Source: Beijerinckiaceae bacterium (lineage in GTDB: Bacteria > Pseudomonadota > Alphaproteobacteria > Rhizobiales > Beijerinckiaceae). From it: a stretch of 50,125 bases of DNA. A program made the position numbers and the translations under genes. The DNA lies in the NCBI GenBank assembly GCA_051648665.1, contig JBOFFO010000092.1:1-50125 (forward strand), read 5' to 3'. Shown piece after piece: positions 8,350 to 18,455 of the stretch. Each line of letters starts with the position of its first letter. Position 1 is the stretch's first letter. The notes beneath the pieces are model-generated. The model had not been told where the DNA came from and searched no databases. It was given only the letters and a program-made list of their open reading frames with translations.

Positions 8350-9957
8350 ATGAGATCCAACCGTCGTCAGTTCATGCAGGGCACACTCGCTGCCGGTGCT
8401 CTTGTGGCCAATCCCGGCCTGCTGCGTGCGCAAGGCACGCCATCCGCCGCGCGGACCATTCGCGCCGTTATGCATGGCGATTTGCGCGTATTCGATCCGA
8501 TCTGGACGACGGCGAACATTACTTCATACCATGCGGCGATGGTGTATGACACGCTGTTCGGCACCAATGACAAATACGAACCGCAACCGCAGATGATATC
8601 CAAGTGGAGTCTTTCGGATGACCGCAAGACCTACACCTTCGAGTTGCGCGACGGACTGAAATTCAGCGACGGCACACCGGTAACTGCCAAGGATTGTGTG
8701 GCCTCGATCCGGCGCTGGATGGCGCGCGATGGCGGCGGCATGCACATGGCTTTGCGTCTGGCTGATACGCCGGTCAAGGATGACAAGACGTTCCAGTGCG
8801 TGATGAAGGAACCCTATTCGCTGCTGATTGAGTGGCTGGCAAAAGCAGGCACCAATGTCTGCTATGTCATGCGCGAAAAGGAAGCGCAGACGGATCCGAT
8901 GCAGCAGATTCAGACCATTATCGGGTCCGGGCCATTCCTGTTCAACCAAGGTGCAGTCGTTCAAGGCCAGCGCTATGTCTACGACAAGAACCCGAATTAC
9001 GTGCCGCGCAGCGAGCCTGCCAGCCATACATCCGGCGGCAAGGTTGTGAATGTTGACCGGGTTATTTTTGAAAACATCGCCGATGAGGCGACGGCCATCG
9101 CAGCCCTGCGCGCCGGGGAAATCGACTTCATCGAATATCCGAATGTCGATCTGATCGATACGCTGAGCGGCGATCCTGACATCAAGCTCGAAGTTCTCAA
9201 CAAGCAAGGCCAAATGGGATGGGCGCGGCTGAATTTCCTGCATCCGCCCTTTAACAATGTGAAGGCGCGGCAAGCGATGCTGCATCTCATTCACCCCACA
9301 GAGGTGATGAAAGCGACATTCGGCAACGAAAAATATTTCCGTGGCTGCCATTCCCTGTTTGGCATGGGCACGCCGATGGAGAATGACGCCAATATCGGCT
9401 GGTACACAGGCAAGCAGAATTTCGACAAGGCGCGTCAGCTGATCAAGGAATCCGGTTATGACGGGCGCGATGTTGTGGTGTTGCAGGCAACCAACATCGC
9501 CTACATGAAAAATGCCGCCGAACTGATCGCACAATGGATGCGGGAGGCAGGCTTCAAAGTGTCCTTGCAGGCCTCCGACTGGGGCGGCGTTGTTACGCGG
9601 CGTGCCGTGAAGTCGGCGCCGGAAGCGGGGCAGGGCGGCTGGAACGTGTTTTTCACCTCTGCATCCGTCAATGCCTTCGGCAATCCCGTTGGCCTTTCCG
9701 GCCATGCGGCGAATGGCGAAAAGGGCTGGTTCGGCTGGCCCTCAGACGAGAAGCATGAGCAGCTGCGCGACAAGTGGGCCGCAGCGGCAACCGATGCGGA
9801 ACGCAAGGCAGTGGCGCGCGAAATTCAGGAGAATGCCTGGAATTTTGTGCCGCATGCCTATTATGGGCAATGGACACAGCCGGCGGCTCTGCGCAAACTT
9901 TCCGGGATGATTGGCATGCCCGAGCTTGTGCCGTTCTGGAATGTGAAAAAAGGTTGA
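8350..9957 (+). CDS. Peptide/nickel-type (family 5) ABC transporter substrate-binding protein, Tat-exported
   Basis: SNRRQFMQG twin-arginine signal; VYDTLF, FELRDGLKFSDG, GSGPF, HPPFNNVKARQA; AGGAGG RBS. Confidence 0.9.
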   Translation: MRSNRRQFMQGTLAAGALVANPGLLRAQGTPSAARTIRAVMHGDLRVFDPIWTTANITSYHAAMVYDTLFGTNDKYEPQPQMISKWSLSDDRKTYTFELRDGLKFSDGTPVTAKDCVASIRRWMARDGGGMHMALRLADTPVKDDKTFQCVMKEPYSLLIEWLAKAGTNVCYVMREKEAQTDPMQQIQTIIGSGPFLFNQGAVVQGQRYVYDKNPNYVPRSEPASHTSGGKVVNVDRVIFENIADEATAIAALRAGEIDFIEYPNVDLIDTLSGDPDIKLEVLNKQGQMGWARLNFLHPPFNNVKARQAMLHLIHPTEVMKATFGNEKYFRGCHSLFGMGTPMENDANIGWYTGKQNFDKARQLIKESGYDGRDVVVLQATNIAYMKNAAELIAQWMREAGFKVSLQASDWGGVVTRRAVKSAPEAGQGGWNVFFTSASVNAFGNPVGLSGHAANGEKGWFGWPSDEKHEQLRDKWAAAATDAERKAVAREIQENAWNFVPHAYYGQWTQPAALRKLSGMIGMPELVPFWNVKKG

Positions 9958-9966
9958 GGCAAAGAC

Positions 9967-9993
9967 GCGCGGCTGATTCTGCGTCAGCCGCGC
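9967..9993 (+). other. Intergenic stem-loop after the SBP gene (mRNA-stabilising or attenuating hairpin)
   Basis: gcgcggctga-ttctgcg-tcagccgcgc, perfect 10-bp stem, no U-tract. Confidence 0.55.
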
Positions 9994-10082
9994 TCATATC
10001 CGGTGTCTGCGCCAATGAGGGATAGGAAACTGACGAGACCATCGCTACATGCGACGCGATTGCATCCGCATAGGCCAAGCGG

Positions 10083-11024
10083 ATGCTAGGCTATATCCTG
10101 CGCCGTCTGGCCTCGACCGTGCTTGTCATGGGGCTAGTCGGCGTGTTCGTCTTTTTGCTGCTGCATCTGTCAGGTGGTGATCCGGCCGCCATTATTGCCG
10201 GTGATAACGCTACACCGCAACAGATCGAAGAAATCCGCAGGAAACTTGGTCTTGATGACCCCTTGCCATCACAATTCTGGCGCTGGCTTGTGGCCGTGCT
10301 GCATGGTGATCTCGGCGTGTCGATTTTTTCAAATACGCCGGTTACGGAATTGATCGCGCAACGGCTGGCGCCAACCGTTTCACTGGCAATCCTGACAATG
10401 ACATTTGCTGTCATTCTGGCTGTGACGGCGGGTGTGCTGGCGGCGTGGAAAGCCGGCAGCGTTATCGATCGCATTCTCATGGGTTTCTCGGTTCTTGGAT
10501 TTTCCGTGCCAGTCTTCGTTGTCGGCTATGTGCTGATTTATATTTTTGCCATACAGCTGCGCTGGCTGCCCGTGCAGGGCTACAAGCCGTTGAGCGAAGG
10601 TGTGTGGCCGTGGTTTCAGAATCTTATTCTGCCGATGGTGACGCTGGGCATGGCTTATGTTGCGCTGATCGCGCGCATCACTCGCACATCCATGCTTGAT
10701 GTGCTGGCGGAGGATTATATCCGCACCGCCAAAGCCAAGGGCGTCGCGACCCGCACCATGCTGATCAAGCACGCTCTGAAAAACGCTGGCGTGCCGATCA
10801 TTACCGTGATCGGTATTGGCATTGCATTGCTGATCGGCGGTGTTGTCATCACGGAGACGGTTTTCAACATCCCCGGCATTGGACGGTTGGTGGTCGATGC
10901 CATTGCGAAACGCGACTATCCGATCATTCAGGGTGTGATCCTGATTTTTTCCGGCGTTTATGTCGTGGTCAATCTGCTTGTCGATCTCAGCTACACGCTG
11001 ATCGATCCAAGGATCCGGTATTGA
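10083..11024 (+). CDS. Peptide ABC transporter permease (DppB-like)
   Basis: GDPA, GLDDPL, GDLG, EAA-loop EDYIRTAKAKG, HALKNA, RDYPIIQG, DPRIRY. Confidence 0.92.
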   Translation: MLGYILRRLASTVLVMGLVGVFVFLLLHLSGGDPAAIIAGDNATPQQIEEIRRKLGLDDPLPSQFWRWLVAVLHGDLGVSIFSNTPVTELIAQRLAPTVSLAILTMTFAVILAVTAGVLAAWKAGSVIDRILMGFSVLGFSVPVFVVGYVLIYIFAIQLRWLPVQGYKPLSEGVWPWFQNLILPMVTLGMAYVALIARITRTSMLDVLAEDYIRTAKAKGVATRTMLIKHALKNAGVPIITVIGIGIALLIGGVVITETVFNIPGIGRLVVDAIAKRDYPIIQGVILIFSGVYVVVNLLVDLSYTLIDPRIRY

Positions 11025-11899
11025 TGAGCGTCGCGGCTGAAACCTCTCCGGTTGTTGGGCACACTCCGCCGCGCGGTGTCTGGCGCTTCATCCGTCGTAA
11101 TCCCACCATGACGATTGGTGCGGTGATTCTGATTGCTGCGATTGGCCTCACGCTCCTGGCGCCAATTTTTGCCGGCGATCCCCTGTTGAAGGCGCCATCA
11201 CGCCGGTTGCAGGGGCCGTCAGCACAATTCTGGTTCGGAACGGATCACCTCGGCCATGATATTTTTGCCCGCACCATTTACGGCGCCCGCGTGTCGCTCA
11301 TTGTCGGCTTGAGCGTGGCCACGCTTTCAATCCTGTTCGGGCTGTTGATTGGGCTGATGGCCGGCTATTACAAGTTGGTGGATGCGGTTGTGATGCGGCT
11401 GATGGATGGGCTGATGTCAATTCCTGCCATTCTGCTGGCGATTGCGCTGGTCGCACTTAACCGCGGCAGTGTGTTCATCGTCATTGCCGCCATCACCATT
11501 CCGGAAATTCCGCGCGTGGTGCGACTGGTGCGCTCTATTGTTCTGGGTGTGCGCGAGCAGCCTTTTGTGGAGGCGGCGGTGGCCGGAGGCGCACGGCAGC
11601 TCAAGATTATTGTGCGCCACATCATGCCCAGCACATTTTCGCCGCTGATCGTGCAGGCGACGTATATTTGCGCCTCGGCGATTCTGGTCGAGGCGTCACT
11701 GTCTTTTCTGGGTGCCGGCGTGCCGCCAGATATCCCCAGCTGGGGCAACATGATTGCGTCAAGCCGGCTTTATCTGGCTCGCGCGCCGTGGACCGTGTTC
11801 TATCCGGCGGCAGCACTCGCGCTGGTGGTTTTGGCCGTTAATTTGCTGGGCGACGGCCTGCGCGACCGGCTCGATCCACGCCTGTCACGGCGGATGTGA
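11024..11899 (+). CDS. Peptide ABC transporter permease (DppC-like)
   Basis: FGTDHLGHD, YGARVSL, FVEAA, EASLSFLG, PSWGNM, NLLGDGLRDRLDP; TGATG coupling with upstream gene. Confidence 0.92.
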   Translation: MSVAAETSPVVGHTPPRGVWRFIRRNPTMTIGAVILIAAIGLTLLAPIFAGDPLLKAPSRRLQGPSAQFWFGTDHLGHDIFARTIYGARVSLIVGLSVATLSILFGLLIGLMAGYYKLVDAVVMRLMDGLMSIPAILLAIALVALNRGSVFIVIAAITIPEIPRVVRLVRSIVLGVREQPFVEAAVAGGARQLKIIVRHIMPSTFSPLIVQATYICASAILVEASLSFLGAGVPPDIPSWGNMIASSRLYLARAPWTVFYPAAALALVVLAVNLLGDGLRDRLDPRLSRRM

Positions 11900-12906
11900 G
11901 CATGAGCGCGTTGCTGTCCGTTCGTGATCTGGAAACTCATTTCTTCAATGAAGAAGGCATAACGCGCGCTGTTGGGGGGCTGTCCTTCGACATTGCACCG
12001 GGAGAGACGCTTGGCATCGTCGGAGAATCTGGCTGCGGCAAGAGCGTGACGGCGCTGTCGGTGATGCAGCTTTTGCCAGCAGGTCTGGGTCGGACTGTCG
12101 GCGGGCAGGTGCTGTTCGATGGCGTCGATCTCCTGAACCTTTCTGAAGAGGAGATGCGGGCCATCCGCGGCAATCGAATCGCGATGATTTTTCAGGAGCC
12201 GATGACGAGCCTCAATCCGGTGCTGACCATCGGGACGCAAATTGCCGAGGCGGTGCGTATTCATCAGGGGGCCGATGAAAAGGCTGCGCGGCAGCGGGCG
12301 CTCGACATGCTGACGCTGGTGCGGATTCCCGACGCTGGCAAGCGGCTGGACGATTATCCGCACCAGTTTTCCGGTGGCATGCGGCAGCGCGTGATGATCG
12401 CGATGGCCTTGGCGTGCAGCCCTCGCCTGCTGATCGCGGATGAGCCGACGACTGCGCTTGACGTGACCATTCAGGCGCAAATCCTCAAGCTCATTGTCGA
12501 TCTCAAGGAACGCACCGGCGCAGCGGTGATCATGATCACGCATGATCTTGGTGTTGTTGCGGAAACCTGCCAGCGCGTCATCGTGATGTATGCCGGCAAG
12601 AAGATCGAGGAGGCGCCGGTGGAGGCGCTGTTCGATGCGCCGCTGCACCCTTACACGCGCGGGTTGCTAGCCTCAATTCCGCGTGTCGGCGGCAAGAGTG
12701 GAGCACGGCTCAACGAAATTCCCGGCATCGTGCCCTCGCTGCGTGAGCCGATTGCAGGCTGCGCGTTCGCGCCGCGTTGTCCGTTAGCGCATGACCGTTG
12801 CCGGACTGAGCCGCCGGCCTTGCGGGAAATTGATGCCGGACACTGGGCTGCCTGCCATGTGGCCGAGCAGGCGTTAGGGCGTGTATCGGCTGGAGCATCG
12901 CCATGA
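11896..12906 (+). CDS. Peptide ABC transporter ATP-binding protein (DppD-like)
   Basis: Walker [31 protein letters not shown]-terminal Cys motif of oligopeptide ATPases. Confidence 0.93.
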   Translation: MSMSALLSVRDLETHFFNEEGITRAVGGLSFDIAPGETLGIVGESGCGKSVTALSVMQLLPAGLGRTVGGQVLFDGVDLLNLSEEEMRAIRGNRIAMIFQEPMTSLNPVLTIGTQIAEAVRIHQGADEKAARQRALDMLTLVRIPDAGKRLDDYPHQFSGGMRQRVMIAMALACSPRLLIADEPTTALDVTIQAQILKLIVDLKERTGAAVIMITHDLGVVAETCQRVIVMYAGKKIEEAPVEALFDAPLHPYTRGLLASIPRVGGKSGARLNEIPGIVPSLREPIAGCAFAPRCPLAHDRCRTEPPALREIDAGHWAACHVAEQALGRVSAGASP

Positions 12907-13877
12907 CGGACGTGGTGCTGCGTGTCGAAAATCTCAGCAAGCATTTTCCGGTGCGGCGCGGTTTGCTGAAGCGTGAGGTTGCTTCGGTGAAGGCCGTCGA
13001 TGGCGTGTCTTTCGCGCTGGCTGCGGGAACGACGCTGTGTGTTGTCGGTGAATCCGGTTGCGGAAAATCAACGGTTGGGCGGCTGGTGATGCGGTTGATT
13101 GAGCCGACAGGCGGGCGCATCACCCTGCATGGCGAGGATATCACCGGCCTGTCGGCCGAAGCGGTGCGTCCGTTCCGGCAGAAGGTGCAGATGGTGTTTC
13201 AGGATCCGTTTGCCTCGCTCAATCCACGCCTGCGCGCCGGGACGATTGTTGGTGAGCCGCTGGAAAATTTCGGCGGCCATGACAGCAAGGCGCGGCGCGA
13301 GCGGGTGGAGTGGCTGTTCGCCAAGGTCGGCCTGCGCGCCGATGCGATGCAGAAATTTCCGTTTGAATTTTCCGGCGGGCAGCGGCAACGGCTGGGCATC
13401 GCGCGGGCGCTGGCGCTGTCGCCATCCGTCATCGTGGCGGATGAGCCGGTGTCGGCGCTTGATGTGTCTGTGCAGGCGCAGGTGCTCAACCTGTTGATGG
13501 ATTTGCAGGCGGAGATGCGGCTAGCCTATCTGTTCATCTCGCACGATCTCGGGGTGGTTGAGCATATCGGCGATCATATCGCAGTGATGTATCTGGGCCG
13601 TATCGTTGAGATGGCGCCAAAAAAATCCCTGTTCGCCACACCCCGACATCCCTACACGCGCGCGCTTTTGTCGGCTGCACCGGTGCCTGATCCGCGCGCG
13701 AAGCGCGAGCGCATTTTGCTGGAAGGCGATGTGCCGTCACCACTCAACCCGCCGCCGGGTTGCGCCTTTCACACGCGTTGCCCGTTCGCGTTCGACCGCT
13801 GCAAGGTGGAGACGCCGCGGCTGCAGGCGATCGGTGACAATCACGTCAGCGCCTGTCACCTGACCGAGAATGGCTGA
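12903..13877 (+). CDS. Peptide ABC transporter ATP-binding protein (DppF-like)
   Basis: [47 protein letters not shown]. Confidence 0.93.
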   Translation: MTDVVLRVENLSKHFPVRRGLLKREVASVKAVDGVSFALAAGTTLCVVGESGCGKSTVGRLVMRLIEPTGGRITLHGEDITGLSAEAVRPFRQKVQMVFQDPFASLNPRLRAGTIVGEPLENFGGHDSKARRERVEWLFAKVGLRADAMQKFPFEFSGGQRQRLGIARALALSPSVIVADEPVSALDVSVQAQVLNLLMDLQAEMRLAYLFISHDLGVVEHIGDHIAVMYLGRIVEMAPKKSLFATPRHPYTRALLSAAPVPDPRAKRERILLEGDVPSPLNPPPGCAFHTRCPFAFDRCKVETPRLQAIGDNHVSACHLTENG

Positions 13878-13882
13878 CCGGC

Positions 13883-15049
13883 TCAGCCGCTCTTTTTCGG
13901 AAATTTCGCGCCGCGCTTCGGGTGCCACCATTTCCCCTTCAGCACCACGCCTTCACTGACGATCTTGCGGTCGCCGATGAGGTGTTCGCCGACCACATCG
14001 ACATAGTCGAACTTGCCTTGCTTGACCGTGAGGATCGTTGCATCGCCGAGCGAGCCGACTTTCAGCGAGCCATATTCCATGCGCTTCAGCGCAATCGCTG
14101 CATTGAGTGTCGAACATTTCACGACGTCCGCAAGGTCCATGCCGAGGCAAAGGAATTTCGACATGGTCGTAACCTGATCGAAGGCCGGCCCGTCGATGCA
14201 GAGCTGATGCACGTCTGATGAAATCACATCCGGCGGAAAACCGTTTGCCAGCATGGCGCGGGCAGTCTTGAAGGCGAAGGATCCCTTGCCGTGGCCGATG
14301 TCGAAGATGACGCCGCGCTTGCGGGCGGCGAGCACAGCCGGCTTCACCGTTCCTTGCGCGGTCGCCGGCGCGTTGGGGAAGGGGCGGAAGGCGTGAGTCA
14401 GCACGTCGCCCGGCCGCAACATGCCGATGACCTCTTCATAGGATGGCGGCGGATGGTCGATGTGGCACATCAAAGGCATACCCACCTCGTCCGCCACCTG
14501 TAGCGCCATATTAAGCGGCGCTGTGCCCTGATCGCCGGAGGAATGACGGCCGACGCGGACCTTGATGCCGACAATCAGATCGCGGTTCTTGTCCGCCACC
14601 TCGGCGCATTCCGCCGGGGCCATCAGGCGCAGATCCTCGCTTTCGCCGACCATCACGGTTTTGGAAAAGCCGTAGATGCCGGCGAAGGAGACGTGCAGAT
14701 AGGCGAGAATGCGCGCCTCGCTGCGCTCGATCACATGCTTGCGAAAGCCGGCCCAGTTGCCGGGACCGGCGCTGCCGGTATCAACAGACGTCGTCACGCC
14801 AGAGGTGCGGCAGAACTCATCGGCGTCGATGCCGAGCGATGTGCCGCCCCAATAGACATGGGTGTGCAGGTCGATCAGGCCCGGCGTGACAATATACCCG
14901 CTGACATCCCGCACCTCGGTCTGGGGGCCTGCTTTGAGGTTTTTGCCGAAGCCGGACACCTTGCCATCGCGAAATGCGACATCGGCAATGCCGTCATGGT
15001 TCTGGGAGGGATCAATGATCCGCGCGCCGGTGAGAATGAGATCGTGCAT
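13883..15049 (-). CDS. Amidohydrolase/deacetylase family metallohydrolase (dihydroorotase-like, COG3964 type)
   Basis: PGLIDLHTH, GVTTSVDTGSAG, GIKVR (carboxylated Lys), CHID, DVLTH, DIGHGKGSF, ISSDVH; start placed at MHDLIL (15049). Confidence 0.85.
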   Translation of the reverse strand: MHDLILTGARIIDPSQNHDGIADVAFRDGKVSGFGKNLKAGPQTEVRDVSGYIVTPGLIDLHTHVYWGGTSLGIDADEFCRTSGVTTSVDTGSAGPGNWAGFRKHVIERSEARILAYLHVSFAGIYGFSKTVMVGESEDLRLMAPAECAEVADKNRDLIVGIKVRVGRHSSGDQGTAPLNMALQVADEVGMPLMCHIDHPPPSYEEVIGMLRPGDVLTHAFRPFPNAPATAQGTVKPAVLAARKRGVIFDIGHGKGSFAFKTARAMLANGFPPDVISSDVHQLCIDGPAFDQVTTMSKFLCLGMDLADVVKCSTLNAAIALKRMEYGSLKVGSLGDATILTVKQGKFDYVDVVGEHLIGDRKIVSEGVVLKGKWWHPKRGAKFPKKSG

Positions 15050-15331
15050 CGGGATAGGCCAAATCCTTGCCGGGCTGGTGATGCGCCCTGCCGTCACGAT
15101 GCCGGGGAAGGGTGGCCCTGTCTATTGCCTGCCGCGAGGGTCGCGGCTGCGCGCTGTGCGGGGGTTGGGCACACGGCCCTGTCATCGCCGTTTAGGCTGT
15201 TCCCTGGGGAATATCGACAGCCTAACGACCGAGGGTTAATGATGCCGTGTGGAATGAGCTGGACCAGCGGCAAGGTTGGCGCCCATCGCGCCACTGCGCA
15301 GGGGCTTCGTCCCGCATTTGGAGATGTTGAT

Positions 15332-17137
15332 TTGAAAGCGCCAGCTTATTTGCGTGAGGGCATTCTCGCTGCTTTTCTGAAAAAGGCCCGCCATGCACTC
15401 ATGGCCATCGGCCTGTTTTCCGGCGTTATCAACCTGCTGATGCTCACCGGCTCGTTGTTCATGCTGCAAATCTACGATCGGGTGATGACCAGCCGCAGCG
15501 TGCCGACGCTGGTGGCGCTTCTGGGCGTGGTGATCTTCCTGTTCGCTATTCAAGCTGTGCTGGAAACGGTGCGCGTGCGCCTGCTGGCGCGGCTGGGGCG
15601 GCAGCTCGACGAAGCCTTGGCCGTCCCGTCCTACCGCTCCGCCATTTCGCTGTCGCTGGTGGCCACGGAGTCTGGTCAACGGCCCGATCCGATCCGCGAT
15701 CTGGACTCAGTGCGAACCTTCATGGGCAGTAACGGGCCAGTGGCGCTGTTCGATCTGCCCTGGGTGCCGCTCTACATCATCATCACCTTTTTGTTCCATC
15801 CCTTGCTGGGCTGGCTCACGGTCGGTGGCGCTGCCTTTGTGACCGCGCTGGCGATCTGGGGCGAATTCCGCTCGCGCGATCTGAATGCGCGCGTCACCGC
15901 AGCCGCGGCGCAGCGGCAGGCGATGGTCGATGGCAGCAAGCGCAATGCCGAAGTGCTGGCAACGATGAATCTGGCAGCTCGCCTTGAAGGCGTGTTCGAG
16001 AAATCGAATGACCGCTTCATTGCCGTGCAGCAGACGAGCGTCGACGCTGTGTCGGGCATCAGCGCCTCCGTGCGCGCCATCCGCATGCTGCTGCAATCCC
16101 TCGTGCTGGCGCTCGCGGCCTATCTGGCGATCAAACAGGAGATCAGCGCGGGTACGATTATCGCGGCCTCGATCCTGTCGTCGCGCGCGCTGGCGCCTAT
16201 CGATGCGGCGGTGTCGCAATGGCGGTTGTTTGTCGGTGCCCGGCAGGCCCTGACTCGGCTGCGCAAGGCATTGACGCTGACGCAGACAACGCCGCCGGAT
16301 ACGGAATTGCCAGTGCCGCGCGCAAGTTTTGAAATCGAAGGCGGATTTATCGCTGCGCCGGGCATGCAGCGTCCCATTGTCAATAATGTCAGCTTCCGCG
16401 CTGTCGCTGGCGATGGCATCGGCGTGATCGGCCCGTCCGGTTCCGGCAAGACGACGCTGGCGCGGGCCTTGACCGGCATCTGGCCGTTGCTGCGTGGCAA
16501 GGTGATGCTGGATGGCGCGCCGCTCAGCCAATATTCGCCAGAGGCGCTGGGACGCGCGCTCGCCTATTTGCCGCAGGATGTCGACCTGTTTGAAGGAACG
16601 ATTGCCGATAATATCGCCCGCTTCGATCCAGAGCGTACGGACGAGAAAATTGTCAGCGCCGCGAAGCTGGCGCATGTCCATGATCTCATCCTGAAATTTC
16701 CGCAGGGCTATGACACCATTATCGGCGATGGCGGTATCAAGCTCTCGGCAGGGCAGCGGCAGCGCATCGGTCTGGCGCGCGCGCTCTATGGCGATCCCTT
16801 TGTCGTTGTGCTCGATGAACCCTATTCCAATCTCGATGGCGAAGGCGACGCTGCGCTTAACGAAGCGCTGGCGGGCATCAAGCGGCGCGGCGGCATCTTT
16901 GTCCTGATTGCGCACCGGCGCAGTGCGATCCGGCAGGTCGACAAGCTGGTGGCGATCATGGAGGGCATGCAGACAGCCTTTGGTCCGCGCGATCAGGTGC
17001 TGGCAAAGCTGGCGGACATGGGCCGGATGGGCGCGTCCGCGCCTCCTTCTGGAGCGGCCGCGCGTGGCGCGCCGATTCAGACCTCATCCGTGGCCCCGGC
17101 AACGCTGAAGGTGGTGAGCGATGTCAAACGCGACTGA
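15332..17137 (+). CDS. Type I secretion system permease/ATPase (PrtD/AprD family)
   Basis: FSGVINLLML, MLQIYDRV, FDLPW, GPSGSGKT, YLPQDVDLF, LSAGQRQR, LDEP; TTG start at 15332 with GGAG 8 nt upstream. Confidence 0.9.
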   Translation: MKAPAYLREGILAAFLKKARHALMAIGLFSGVINLLMLTGSLFMLQIYDRVMTSRSVPTLVALLGVVIFLFAIQAVLETVRVRLLARLGRQLDEALAVPSYRSAISLSLVATESGQRPDPIRDLDSVRTFMGSNGPVALFDLPWVPLYIIITFLFHPLLGWLTVGGAAFVTALAIWGEFRSRDLNARVTAAAAQRQAMVDGSKRNAEVLATMNLAARLEGVFEKSNDRFIAVQQTSVDAVSGISASVRAIRMLLQSLVLALAAYLAIKQEISAGTIIAASILSSRALAPIDAAVSQWRLFVGARQALTRLRKALTLTQTTPPDTELPVPRASFEIEGGFIAAPGMQRPIVNNVSFRAVAGDGIGVIGPSGSGKTTLARALTGIWPLLRGKVMLDGAPLSQYSPEALGRALAYLPQDVDLFEGTIADNIARFDPERTDEKIVSAAKLAHVHDLILKFPQGYDTIIGDGGIKLSAGQRQRIGLARALYGDPFVVVLDEPYSNLDGEGDAALNEALAGIKRRGGIFVLIAHRRSAIRQVDKLVAIMEGMQTAFGPRDQVLAKLADMGRMGASAPPSGAAARGAPIQTSSVAPATLKVVSDVKRD

Positions 17138-18446
17138 AGAATTGCGCAGCAGCGACGACGTGCAGCGCTCCGTGCGCCGCCATATTCTGTTCGGACTGGC
17201 TGTGGCTGTGGGCCTGTTTGGCGGCACATTGCTCTGGTCGGCTGTCACGGAAATCGCTGGCGCTGTCGTGGCGCCGGGCGTTGTCGCCGTGGAGAGCAGC
17301 GCCAAGAAAGTGCAGCATCCGGAAGGCGGCATTATTGCGAAACTGAATGTGCGCGAGGGCGACCGTGTGCAGGCGGGCGATGTGGTGGCGCGGCTTGATG
17401 ACACGCAGCTGAAGGCCAGCCTCGCCATTGTCACCAAGGCGCTGAACGAGATGACCGCACTCGAAGCGCGGCTGATGGCGGAACGTGACGGCGCTTCGGC
17501 AGTGACGTTTCCTGCAACGCTGGTCGAAGCGGCCGCAAGCAATCCCGAAGCGGCGGCGTCGATGGCCGGGCAGAAAACAATTTTTGAAAGCCGCCGCACT
17601 GCGCGCGACAGTGCCCGCACGCAGTTGCGCGAACAGATCACGCAACTTGAATCCGGCATCACCGGCCTGACCACGCAACAGGAAGCGCGCGAGCAGGAAC
17701 TGCAGCTTATCGAGGTTGAACTGAAAGGCGTGCGCGACCTTTTTGCGAAGAATCTCGTGCCGATTGCGCGGGTCAATGCGCTGGAGCGTGACCGGGCACG
17801 CATTTCCGGTGACCGTGGCAAACTGATTGCCGATATTGCTGCTTCTCGCAGCACCATTTCGGAGAAGAGAATTCAGATCTTGCGGCTGGAAGATGATTTC
17901 CGTTCCGAAGTGGTGCGTGAGCTTGCCGATGTGCGCAACAAGATCAACGAGGTTGTCGAGCGCAAGGTGTCGTCGGAGGATCGGCTGGCGCGTGTCGATA
18001 TCAAGGCGCCTGCATCTGGCCAAATTCACCAACTCAATGTGTTTACCGTTGGCGGCGTCATCGGCAATGGCGAAGCGATCATGATGGTGGTGCCTGACAA
18101 CGACAAACTGGTGGTCGATGCGCAGGTCGAGCCGCAGGATATTGAAAATATAACTGTCGGGCAAAAGGCGAATGTGCATTTTACAGCCTTCGCGGACCGT
18201 AACCTGCGTGAAACAACAGGCGAAGTGCTCACCGTTTCGCCGGACCTGGTCGAAGATGCGGCCACGCGGCGGAAGTTCTACCGCATCAAGCTCGCTGTCA
18301 CCGCGCCGGTCACCGCCGAGGGCCGGATGATGACTCTCGTGCCGGGCATGCCGGTTGAAAGCTATATCAACAAGGGCGACCGCACGGTGCTGGCCTATCT
18401 GCTCAAGCCGATGCGTGACCAGTTCCGTCGCGTATGGCGCGAATAG
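17121..18446 (+). CDS. HlyD-family type I secretion membrane fusion protein (PrtE/AprE family)
   Basis: Single N-terminal TM, KKVQHPEGG, VREGDRVQAGD, long coiled-coil, IKAPASG, GGVIGNGE, PGMPVE, YLLKP. Confidence 0.92.
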   Translation: MSNATEELRSSDDVQRSVRRHILFGLAVAVGLFGGTLLWSAVTEIAGAVVAPGVVAVESSAKKVQHPEGGIIAKLNVREGDRVQAGDVVARLDDTQLKASLAIVTKALNEMTALEARLMAERDGASAVTFPATLVEAAASNPEAAASMAGQKTIFESRRTARDSARTQLREQITQLESGITGLTTQQEAREQELQLIEVELKGVRDLFAKNLVPIARVNALERDRARISGDRGKLIADIAASRSTISEKRIQILRLEDDFRSEVVRELADVRNKINEVVERKVSSEDRLARVDIKAPASGQIHQLNVFTVGGVIGNGEAIMMVVPDNDKLVVDAQVEPQDIENITVGQKANVHFTAFADRNLRETTGEVLTVSPDLVEDAATRRKFYRIKLAVTAPVTAEGRMMTLVPGMPVESYINKGDRTVLAYLLKPMRDQFRRVWRE

Positions 18447-18455
18447 CGCCTGAGG

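Noticed and set aside
13883-15049. Call as pyrimidine-biosynthetic dihydroorotase (pyrC)
   Set aside because: HTH metal motif lacks the substrate-binding Arg (HxHxR) and the context is not pyr; fits the commonly misannotated COG3964 family
14543-15331. 864-aa ORF suggesting a T1SS ATPase with a long novel N-terminal extension
   Set aside because: The extension is mostly the antisense frame of the amidohydrolase gene; the PrtD-like sequence begins at an RBS-preceded TTG at 15332
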